Shown here piece by piece: positions 15,631 to 25,400 of a stretch of DNA of 52,558 nucleotides. The notes beneath the pieces are model-generated. The model had not been told where the DNA came from and searched no databases. It was given only the letters and a program-made list of their open reading frames with translations. The stretch is from a virus (lineage: Duplodnaviria > Caudoviricetes). Made by a program: the position numbers and the translations under genes. The stretch is from IMG/VR virus record IMGVR_UViG_3300020351_000002, positions 1 to 52,558 of that record. One strand, 5' to 3'. Position 1 is the first letter of the stretch, and the number at the start of each line of letters is the position of its first letter.

Positions 15631-15785
15631 TCACCAGAGCCCTCCGCAGAGTCATCGTCGTCACTACTGTCATCGTCATCAACAACAACCGGCTGGACCT
15701 TAACGTCTTGCCAATGGATAAACGCCATAGAGGAAAGAACGGCGAGGATCCCAATAAGAGCTAACAACTCTTGCTTATCACGCAT
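15627..15785 (-). CDS. small membrane protein with acidic tail (52 aa, below the ORF-track cutoff)
   Basis: Hand translation MRDKQELLALIGILAVLSSMAFIHWQ...DDDDSSDDDDSAEGSGE; fills the gap and overlaps both neighbours. Confidence 0.6.
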   Translation of the reverse strand: MRDKQELLALIGILAVLSSMAFIHWQDVKVQPVVVDDDDSSDDDDSAEGSGE

Positions 15786-16185
15786 CGTCAATCACCAGCT
15801 CAAAATGGGGGGCGTCGAAGAAGCTTTCTGTGAATCGCATGTCGCCGTTCCAGTCAGCGCCAAGCCTCAGCTTGATGCCCATCTGATTGGCAATTCCCTT
15901 GATGTAGTAAGCGCAAGCGATGAATCGCTCCCGGTCCTGCCAGTCGATTGGATAAGGGGCAACATCAACGGCAAGGCTGGGCTTGTGGTTGTGCTTAGAC
16001 ATCTTGCCAGGAGAGCCGTCCAGCTTGCTCTTGCCCTGGCGAAACAACTCTGCCTGCCGCTCAACACTACGGTGCCCCTCCAACACCGTAATGTCGATGT
16101 GCTTAATAACCTCAAGCATCAACCTTCTAAGGTCTGAGTGGCAACCCTCAAGGCGGTCAAGCGATGTCTTGCTGAACCTGGGCAT
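15778..16185 (-). CDS. endolysin, peptidase M15 family (L-Ala-D-Glu peptidase-like)
   Basis: R..ERQAELF, SKH-x6-AVD and DAPHFEL zinc-ligand motifs. Confidence 0.9.
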   Translation of the reverse strand: MPRFSKTSLDRLEGCHSDLRRLMLEVIKHIDITVLEGHRSVERQAELFRQGKSKLDGSPGKMSKHNHKPSLAVDVAPYPIDWQDRERFIACAYYIKGIANQMGIKLRLGADWNGDMRFTESFFDAPHFELVIDDA

Positions 16186-16187
16186 TA

Positions 16188-16385
16188 CTACCTCGCAGGA
16201 ATAATCACTCGACCGTCAGGGTCGTGCTCATGTGTCGCGATGTTCTGCCCCATACAGTCAATCTTTGCCTCAATACCCTTAAGCATAAAAAACACCTTAC
16301 CCGCCCATGCAACGGCCCCGGCGAACCCGAAAAGTAACCCGGTCACAATTGGCCAAGCCTCTGAAAGGATATGGAGGAAGTTCAT
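16188..16385 (-). CDS. small membrane protein (holin/antiholin candidate)
   Basis: Single TM segment directly upstream of the endolysin. Confidence 0.6.
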   Translation of the reverse strand: MNFLHILSEAWPIVTGLLFGFAGAVAWAGKVFFMLKGIEAKIDCMGQNIATHEHDPDGRVIIPAR

Positions 16386-17521
16386 CAGGAAAGGGACCCA
16401 AACAGCTTAATGTTTTCAAACATCAGATTTTGCGAGTAAGTAGAGAAGCAGGCGTAGAGGTTGCCGTTGGTCGCGATGTCGATCTGGCTGGCGAAGGTGT
16501 GAACATCTGTCGAGCTTGACCAGTCGTCGTCGCTGTATTGCAATTTAACCGTGTTGCTGCTCCATGAAATACGCACCGAGCGATCAGCCGCGACCAGTGG
16601 CGCTGAGCCAAGGTTGCCGCCGCTGGAGTGAGAGAACACCGCGTCGGGACTGTTAACCCAATCGCCAGCAGCCAGAGATGTTCCGCCGTGATTGTAAAAG
16701 GCCCAGCGCTGGCAGTTGCGCGTGTCGTTGGCGTTCAGCAGATTGTCCAGCCCCGCAGCGGTGAAGTCGCTCTTGTAACAAAGTCCAGCCATTTGGAAGC
16801 CGCCAGTATCTGAGTTGGTGAACTCAAGATACCCGCTCGATCCGCTGGTGATCTCCTTGTCAATCCTGGCATAGCCACCATTACCTCCAGACCAACCATT
16901 CCATGCCAGCGTCTGATACAGCCCGGTCTTGCCGGAGACTGTACCGAACGCCATATGCGCGGTACCCGACGATCCGTCGTATGCGTAGATGTCGGCGAAG
17001 TCGCTAATGCTGGTTGGCGTGAACAGAAGCTCGGTGATTGTGGCCGTTGCGGTCAGCGTGCCGAGGTTGCTTCCCGTGTGACTGTAAGCCGTTATCGTCA
17101 TCGACTTAGCTGAGCCGTCAACATACTTCGGCTGAATCGCAACCTCGATACCCCGGCTGCCTGAAGAGAGAGTACCTTTAAACGCTATATATAGATAATC
17201 GCTATCGTTGGTTAGCGCGTCAAAGCTCTGCTGATTGTCGAGGTCTTCGCCTTCCACCTGAACAAGATCGAACGCAGCGGTGTCGCCCGTGCAGTGCAAG
17301 CGAACAAACCCAGCGGTGCCGGTGGCGTCCGCGTAGCTGATAATGAACGCATCAGGAGTGGTCGATCCGCCCCAGTTGCCCGTGCCGCTGGTCGCCCCAC
17401 CACCCTTCCAGGCAGGAGCGTCCACGGTGCCGATGTCAGAAGATGTCGGCAGGTAAACAGTGCTCTTCTTGAGGATAACCTCAGAGCTAGTGATAGAGGG
17501 ATGAGAACGCTTTACACCCAT
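16385..17521 (-). CDS. putative tail fiber / receptor-binding protein
   Basis: G/S/T-rich beta-type composition; location in the tail region. Confidence 0.65.
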   Translation of the reverse strand: MGVKRSHPSITSSEVILKKSTVYLPTSSDIGTVDAPAWKGGGATSGTGNWGGSTTPDAFIISYADATGTAGFVRLHCTGDTAAFDLVQVEGEDLDNQQSFDALTNDSDYLYIAFKGTLSSGSRGIEVAIQPKYVDGSAKSMTITAYSHTGSNLGTLTATATITELLFTPTSISDFADIYAYDGSSGTAHMAFGTVSGKTGLYQTLAWNGWSGGNGGYARIDKEITSGSSGYLEFTNSDTGGFQMAGLCYKSDFTAAGLDNLLNANDTRNCQRWAFYNHGGTSLAAGDWVNSPDAVFSHSSGGNLGSAPLVAADRSVRISWSSNTVKLQYSDDDWSSSTDVHTFASQIDIATNGNLYACFSTYSQNLMFENIKLFGSLS

Positions 17522-17524
17522 GTC

Positions 17525-17818
17525 TTACTCCGAACCAATTTCAGGACAATCAAACCAGCCGTCCCCCTCCAGAGACGACGCAGACACCAAGGCAACCCTC
17601 TCCTCCTCCGTAATGTAGGAAAAAGCGCTAGCCATCTTCTCAGTAGAAGGGTTCCATATGTCGCAAATAAGTAACGCCCACTCGCCCCTAGCGGGATGCT
17701 TAAGCGGTTGTGCGTACTTAACCGTAGCCGTTTCTGGACTTGGATAACCAAGCTTTGAAGAAAGCTCTGACTCCCTGCTGCTAGCGGCTTCCTCTGAGTC
17801 AAACAGTAAGTACATCAA
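17525..17818 (-). CDS. hypothetical protein (possible tail fiber-associated chaperone)
   Basis: Small acidic protein following a lectin-like fiber gene. Confidence 0.65.
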   Translation of the reverse strand: MMYLLFDSEEAASSRESELSSKLGYPSPETATVKYAQPLKHPARGEWALLICDIWNPSTEKMASAFSYITEEERVALVSASSLEGDGWFDCPEIGSE

Positions 17819-18618
17819 ATACCGTACCTATCCATGAGATAGCCCTCCAAGGCCCCGCGTTCTCCGTTCGCAAGAGCCCCGTTGAACACAAGCACCTCGG
17901 AAATCTTGCCATCCCAATACGCGGTAGAGGTTCCTGAGCCAGTTCCATGGCCAACCGCAAGGGTTGTCGCTTGAGACTGAACACTTCCAGCAGAAGAAAC
18001 GGTGGTCCCAGAAGCTCCGTTCACATGAATGGTCAGGTCACCGCCATCGTTGACCATGATCCAAACAAGAGAAGCTCCCTGGGCCCCAGCAGCAGCCGCC
18101 TTGGCCGTCTTATGGGCCGAGCCATTATAGAAGCCGCCGCCTGGACCGCCGCCAGCCTGTGAGAGCATGGTCTGGTTGAAGTACCCGCCGCCGCCACTAG
18201 GAGCGCCCAGCACCGCGCGGCCTGTGTTGTGAGCGGTTGATCCGCCCCAAGTCCAGCCACGACAAACAACCGCAGTTGTCCAACTGTTGGCAGAAGTGAC
18301 AGACCCAAAAAAGCTTGGCCCAGTCATCACATCGTCAGTGCCGTCAAAACTCAGTTCTGGGTACTCATTTAAACCATCCTCAACCCATGTTGGCTGAAGC
18401 GAAGCAGTGCCCTGGGTTAGGTTGTTCCCGTTCCCACTTTGGTCGGCCCAGCCAGAAACAGTGCTCCCATTAAGAGTAATGCCAACATCTGCCCTGCACC
18501 AAATCAGGCATGACGTAGCCATGAATCGGGGGTCAAACCCCTTTGGGGGGTGGCCTACCCTTGGCGTCCCGCTAGGATTTATCTGTCCCTGCGGAGGGGT
18601 TCTCCGAAAAACCGCCAT
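17815..18618 (-). CDS. LamG/concanavalin-like lectin-domain virion protein
   Basis: VSGWADQSGNGN, FDGTDD, GKISEVLVFNGAL and EGYLMDRYGI motifs. Confidence 0.8.
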   Translation of the reverse strand: MAVFRRTPPQGQINPSGTPRVGHPPKGFDPRFMATSCLIWCRADVGITLNGSTVSGWADQSGNGNNLTQGTASLQPTWVEDGLNEYPELSFDGTDDVMTGPSFFGSVTSANSWTTAVVCRGWTWGGSTAHNTGRAVLGAPSGGGGYFNQTMLSQAGGGPGGGFYNGSAHKTAKAAAAGAQGASLVWIMVNDGGDLTIHVNGASGTTVSSAGSVQSQATTLAVGHGTGSGTSTAYWDGKISEVLVFNGALANGERGALEGYLMDRYGI

Positions 18619-19037
18619 TAAACAATGGCCTTCACCAGCGGAGTGACGTTTACGTTGGGGTTTGTTACTCCAACCGGCTCAATCGTAATGAATGGCTGCT
18701 CAAAAAACGGATACTCGATTTCAAACATGTCGCTCTGTGTCTGAGGCACAGCGCTAAACACATACTGAGCTTCGTACAGCTCTTCGCCAAGGTCGGCTGA
18801 TGTCTGACTCGTCTGACTGTTCTTGTAAATACGAACAATAATGGTGTCAGCAGCCGAGCCGGTGTTGGCCAAGAGGACAACTCTGAATCCCACAATCGCG
18901 CCGCGAGCAAGCGGTTGCCCGTTAACCGTAAGCCCCTGGGTAGAGAGTGAGCCAGAAAGAGGAAACTGATTGCCAGCAGCCAGGCCTCCACTAGCGTCTA
19001 AGCTGATCCTGTCTGCCGGGGTATAGATGTCTGGCAT
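18618..19037 (-). CDS. putative virion protein
   Basis: AGGAG RBS supports ATG 19037 (MPDIYT...). Confidence 0.7.
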   Translation of the reverse strand: MPDIYTPADRISLDASGGLAAGNQFPLSGSLSTQGLTVNGQPLARGAIVGFRVVLLANTGSAADTIIVRIYKNSQTSQTSADLGEELYEAQYVFSAVPQTQSDMFEIEYPFFEQPFITIEPVGVTNPNVNVTPLVKAIV

Positions 19038-19114
19038 TAGCTTCTCCTGCCCCCCTCCAAGCTGTAGATCAGTGGCACAGCCGGGGGGCATATGGGTTTA
19101 TATTCGCAACCGTA

Positions 19115-19381
19115 TCACTCGTCTTCTTCTGCTTCAACAGCTGTTATAGGAACTGCTGGGCTGGAGAACTGAGGGTTAAGCCTTCTTATCTGTCTGACAG
19201 AACCTCTTACCCTGTTTTGGATGTAGTCCAAGCAGTACTGCTCTAGCTTCCAAGCCATGTAGTTTCTGTTCTGCTCAAAGTCTATTGTCTCTGGCTTCCA
19301 TCCCAAGGCAAAGGCACCAGCCCTCTCCAAAGCGGTGGCCTCCTGATCCGACATCCCAGCGTCTAAATGGCTAGCGGTCAT
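19115..19381 (-). CDS. orphan paralog of the C-terminus of the 2574-aa protein
   Basis: DAG..EATALERAGAFALGWKPETIDFEQNRNY aligns with DAG..RATWPEKAAAFGLGWKNTTIDMEAMQNY. Confidence 0.6.
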   Translation of the reverse strand: MTASHLDAGMSDQEATALERAGAFALGWKPETIDFEQNRNYMAWKLEQYCLDYIQNRVRGSVRQIRRLNPQFSSPAVPITAVEAEEDE

Positions 19382-19430
19382 TCGTTTTCTTACACTGCGA
19401 AATTATCACTCACGATTGCTCTAATCAAAC

Positions 19431-22400
19431 CTACTCGTTAAAGCCCTCTTGAAGCTCATCAAAGGCACGCCTTCGTTGCTCCGTCCAATTCGGCCTCATC
19501 TTGTTGTCTTTACTTATCACATCGTTAATCAGGCGTATCTCAGACTTCATTTCGTCAGCCAACTCGATGGCTGCGTAGTTCTGCATTGCCTCCATATCTA
19601 TGGTCGTGTTCTTCCAACCAAGGCCAAACGCTGCAGCTTTCTCAGGCCACGTAGCCCGCACGGTTGGGTCACCGGCATCCATAGCGTATGTGTTGAACGT
19701 GTCGGTGCTGATCTCGGAGTAGATCCTCATAGCCCGATTACCAGGAAACCTTTGGGCCAGGTAGAAAAGCACTGGGTTTTTAGACTTGTAAACCCCCCTT
19801 GTCAGCCCAGTCGGCACCCCGTTTTTCCAAATCGTCTTGTCAACCACTTCGTCTTCGGTGGGAACCCCCATTGCCCACTGATAAAGAGGTGGTGTGTCAA
19901 CAAGCTGCCTTACATTGGTAAGCTCTCTCCACCCCCTGTCGTAGTAAAAGCTTGTTCCTGCCACCCACTCCACAGCGGTGAGTGGCATCGGGTTAAGCCT
20001 CCCCGCAAGGCCAGCAATCGGAGCCGGAAGGGTCTTCGTCTTCTTGGAGAGAAGCTCAACCATCGGTTCCCAGGGAAGTCCAGAGAGAGCGACAAGCCTA
20101 GACTGGTGGTGTCTGGCAAGAATCCTGTACTTCCAAGGGTCTGGAAGGGAAGCGTATTCTCTTTCCGTAAACTGCTGCTTATACACCCCATCCACAAAGC
20201 TCATTATCGAATTGGCCGCCCTTGGGTTCCTCCTAAGCCAGTCGAGTTGGTACTTAAAGTTGCCAGCCTCCCAGGTGTAAAAGAAGAAGACCCTCCGCAA
20301 AACACGTTTTTCAAGTGGGGTTAGGTCGGAGTAGTCACGAAGGGATGCGTTGACACGGGAAAGGGCAACCGAAGCGTCGTCCCCCTTTTTCATGGCAGCA
20401 ACGCCAAGAGAGAGTCTTGCCTGGGCCTCAACAGAGGTGTTGAACATCCCCATCATCTTCAGGTAGTCAGGCATCGTCACGCCGCCAAGGACGGCACCGA
20501 TTGCAGCCCCAGGAGCGCCAGCAACAGACCCAACCGCCGCGCCAATTGCAGCACCAGAGGTCCTGTGGCCAATCGCAGATACTGTCCTGGGTAGGTCTGC
20601 ATGGGAATCCTTCATGGACATCCCTATGAACTTCTCCCACACAGACCCGCCAGCAACCTCCTTGGCTCCGTTCCACCTCTTCCCAAGGCCAACGCCAACA
20701 GCAGTTCCGGCAAACATTCCTGGCGCTGGGCCAAGCCCAAGAGCGGAGGTGATGGCTCCGCCAGCAAACGACCCCGCCGTTGCTGCACCGCTACGAATAA
20801 ACAAGTCTCTAGCGGTTGGGATGGCGTCAAGCGCTGCAAGGCCAGCCTGCTCGTTCATAAAGTCTGTCGAGAGGGGGGCCTCAAAGAAGCCCCGGTCTCG
20901 GAAGAACTGTCGCCACTCCCCCCTCGTCATCACCTTGTCGCCAATCTTCACAGGCACATCAAGGCCAAAGGCAGCGTCACCCTTTCTGAAAGACCCCCAG
21001 ATCATCGCAGCCTGCATCTGGGTAACCGGGTTCAGGGCAGCCCAGCCTAGCTCTTGAGAGGTGGAGACAACATTGGACAGCCAGTTCCTTCCGATGTGGG
21101 CAAAGGCGAGGATGGTTGACTGCGCCTTCATCCACGAGTGCACACCGTCGTAAAGGTCCCCAAACAAAGCCCTGACCCCTTGTTGGGCAACGGGGTCGTT
21201 GTTCCACCTAACATATTCTCCAACCGCCTTGGGGATGTACTTGTCTCGGCCCCTCAATGCGTGCAAGACGTCGTCATCGACAACAACACCCTCCTTCTCA
21301 AGGATGTCTTTGATCTCATCTACCGGCACACCATCAACCATGTTCTGACGAATGATGTCCTCATAGTCCCTTAGCTTTTGCGGGAGCCTCTTTCTAAGGA
21401 CCCCCTCTAGCTCGCTAACCTTGTCGAGTCGCTCAAAGCCAGCCTCATCAGCAGCGGTAGCGGAGCGGAACTCCCTGCCAGCCGGGAAAATATCAAGGAC
21501 GTCTTCGAGAAAGGCGACGTCGGACACAGTCTTGCTGCCCATGTCGTTGTACCTGGTCATAATCACAAACGGGTCTGTCTCGAAAAAGTTGTGTAGCTCG
21601 TTAAAGCCACCCTCTGCCATAACGTCGTCGACTATGTTCTCGTAGTTGACACCCTTCCTTTCAAAGAAGGTACGCATTGTGCTCGCGCTCTTACTCTTTT
21701 GCTTTGCAACCTGCTGCGCCTCCTTGCCAAACACCCCAGAGCTGGCCCGGTCCTTAACGACTGATTCAGCAAACTCCTTCCTGCTGGCCTTATTGATCTC
21801 CCGCATAAGGCCATCCAGCTTCCTTTCGTGCTTGAAGAACTCAGCAGATCCACCAAGGCGTTGACTTGCCCACAAAGGAACCTTGCTTCCCTGGAAGGCG
21901 GCGACCTTTGCTGCAGAGTATCTGTCCGCCATGTGCTTCACATAAGCGCCGATATTGACGCGAGACAGGAAGGCGTTTCTGTCCATCTCCGCGAAAAGGC
22001 CTGCAGCCTTGAGGTCGTCAAACCACTTGTCGAAGAATTGGCGCATGATGCTGGCTGCGCCTACGATCCTCTCAACCGAAGCGTCGTCACCCAGCACTCG
22101 AATCTGCTCGTCTATATTTGCAATAGACTTCTTCGCCTTCGTTGTCTTCTTGCCAGCAGCCTCCAGCCTATCAACAGAGGCAACAAGACGAGCCCTTTGA
22201 GCCTTGAGGTCGGTTACCAGGTTCTTCTTGCCAGCCTTCAGGTTATACAGGTCTGGGTTTTTAACCATTCTGGCGACACGGGCCTGCTCATCTGGGGTCA
22301 TATGGCCAATGGCCTTGGCTATCTCGGCCTTCTTTAGGGCCTCCAGTCTGTTCCAAAACTTGGCTGCAGACTCAGCCAAGGCGTTGACGCTTGAGTCAAT

Positions 22401-25400
22401 CGTTTGAGTGAGGGACTTCCTTTGTTGCTCCGGGGTTCGGAGATCGTAATCAAGATCGTCAAGGGTCTTAGAAAGGTTGGCTAGCTCTGCATCTATGTTG
22501 TCTAGCTTCTCATACAGACCCCTCCTTGTGATGGCCGGTCCTGGTAGGCCGCTCAGCGCAGACCGTGTCTTGGGAATGCTTAAGGCCTGTGCGAGGGGGG
22601 TTGTCCCGACAAGCTCAGACGCCCTGGCCTCGCGGGAAGACAGGGCGCTGTTTAGCTCCGTCTCCAGCTTCCTTCTCATAGCCCGCTTCTTCGCCTGGCT
22701 TGGCTCCCTGGAGATCGCTAGTCGCATTTCTGCCACGCGGGCGGATAGTGCTGGATCCGAAAGCTCCTTTAGAAGCCTGTTCACTTCTTTAGTTGGAAGA
22801 CTGGCAACCTCTGGCTTTGGCCCACGGAGGTTGGTGTTTAGAGCGTCAATTGCGCGGTCAAGTCTCCCCCTTTGGAGGTGGGTCATTTTCTCCATCGGGG
22901 CTATCGAGATTGTGGCAGCCGCTCTTCTGGCATCACCGCGAGCGCGGATGACGGTCGCTTCCCCTTCGATCAAAGCCTGGATGTCCAGCATCCTGTTCTT
23001 GTAAAGCTGTCTCGTTGCCTCAAGGGTGTGGCGGGCTTTGCTGCCAATTGGAACAACAAGATCTTTGTCCGCCACCGCCTTCTCGACCCTTGAGATTGCC
23101 CTTCGCAGGGACGCAAGAAAGCTTGAGGACCTTACCTTCGCGAGGTCAGCCTGGGCTGATCTGATGTTGCGCTGCGCCTTCTTAAACTGCGTCGACTTAA
23201 GTGGGTCTACCCCCTCATCAACTAGCCGCTGCCTAAGAAGTGCCAAATCATCGCTAGCAGCCCTAAGCTTGGACTGAGCCTCTCTTACTTTTCGGAGGCC
23301 CTTCTTCAGGTCTGCCCTGACCCTGCCAATCACCTCAATCGGGTAGTCAAGCAAGACATCAACAGGAACCCTCTTGCCAGCCTTTACAGCAGCCTGCACT
23401 TCGGCAAGGTGCATCTCAGGACTTAGGGTGCTGTCGTCCTTACGAACCTTCCACTGAGGAAGGTCTGTTGCTGCCGTCGTTCGCAGCTTCTCTGGAGCGC
23501 CGAGAGCGGCAGCCTCGTCTGGCCTGAACAGGCGCTCCTCAAACGTCCTTCCTGGGATTGACGGGAGGAACTCCTCTGCCTCTCTAAGAACATCTCCCAC
23601 AAAGCCAGAGATCGGCTGGCTGGGCGTAGGATCTCCAGACTTAAGAGCAAGCCTTTCCTCGATCAACGACAGGGCGCTTTGAATGCGCTGAATCTCTGGC
23701 TGAAACCCGTCAGCCATTCTGGCAACATCAAGCTCTGTGTCCACAGCGATCTTGCCGCCAACCTTTGCGTCATACGAAGCAGTGAACAGGGCAAGTCGAT
23801 CCTTGAGGAGCTTGAGGTTTTGCAGTCGCTCTATTGAGGTAGGAGAACCAGCCCTGACCGCAGCCCTCTGCGCCTCAAGAGACTTAATCTCGTCCGTTGA
23901 AGCCAGGTGGTCCAGAACCGTCCTCTCCAAAGAGTTCAACAGGTCTTTATCAATGACAGGAATGGCGGCAACAGGGCTGTCTGGTCGCGGGGTAGAAAGC
24001 TCGCGAAGAGTGCGAATTGCCTCAAGCACCCCCTCCGCATCTGCCTTCTCAAGCCTGAAGGACGTCGACACCTTTCCCGGCTCAGCCTCAGCAGCCCTGT
24101 ATGGGAGGGTTATCGTGTCCACAACCTTCTCAAGCTTCCTAAGAGAGACTGAGGCCATAAACTCAGCAAGGGCCTTGTCAGACTGCTTTACGCTGTCCCA
24201 CCCCATCTCAGCAAAATGAGAAAGAAAGCTAAGCTCTGTCGGGTCGTCTGTAATCTTTAGAATCTGAAGCTTTGCCTTCGGTAGCCGCTCCCTCAAGTGC
24301 GAAGCAACGCGAGCCCGGTTCCTGAAGGCGTCACCAACCAACCTCCATGTCGCTGGGTGTTCAAGGTGGGCCTTCGGAAGAACCTGTCGGTCCAACCCAT
24401 ACCTAGCGAGAAAGCCTGTCCCTTCTGCTAACTCGGTGTAAATCTGCGGCTTCGCACCAAACCCAACCCTTGGGGTAAACAGAAGTCCGCCCAATGCCCT
24501 TCTTACAGGATCCATCCACGGGACAGCCCTGGCCATGGCGTAGCCAAGGGTGAAGTAGAGGGGCTCAATGTTGTTAACCAAAGACTCTCCCCTGATAGCC
24601 CTGCTCGCCTTGAGAGAGTCCTTCGTGAAGCCCTTGGGGATAGGGGGGAGGATGTCGTCTATGGCCGCCCCAAAACTCTTTCCACCGCGCCCAGCAAGGT
24701 AGGCCTTAGAGGTGGCCCATTCCACAGCACGCTCAGTTAGGGATCGCCTCACGCCAGGGACGATGGATGTGTTTGGAGTGTGCAGAGCTTTTAACTCGGT
24801 TTTTGCACGAGCCACCAGGTCATCCCACTTCGGTTGGCCCTTCAAGCCCCTCTTCAAGAGCTTTTCAAGCACCCCATCCCCTGGGCGCATGGCAGCAACA
24901 CGAGCAGCCTCCCCAAGCTCTCCGTCCGTCGCCCACCTGTAGATGCGAGCCACATCTGGAGGCTTGGTTACATGCGTCACCTTGCCAGAATTATCAACAT
25001 CAACCCTGACCAGGACTTCCCCCTTCTCTTCGGCGGACTTGAGACCCTTGACCCACTCGCCCTCAAAGTAGTTCGCTGGAAGCTTTTCACCCTTAACCCC
25101 GGATTCAAGCCGAAGCTTGTTCACCTCATCCATGGGGATTCTTGTAAGCCTTGAAAGCTCCTCGACGGCAAAGTCTCCAAGAATCCTGACTTCCCCTTTA
25201 AGCGCAGTTGTGGTTGCCTTCAGGAAGTCCTTAACAGCAAGCAGCTTCGACTGTTCTTCAAGGAGTTTCCTGGAATTGCTGTGGCTAAAGATGAAGTTTT
25301 TTAGCTTTGACCTAACGGATGGTACCCCCGTTATCCCAGCACCCTTCTTTGGGGCAGCGCTAAGCAGAGTGTCGTTTGCTTCATCGAATGCGTTAAGCAG

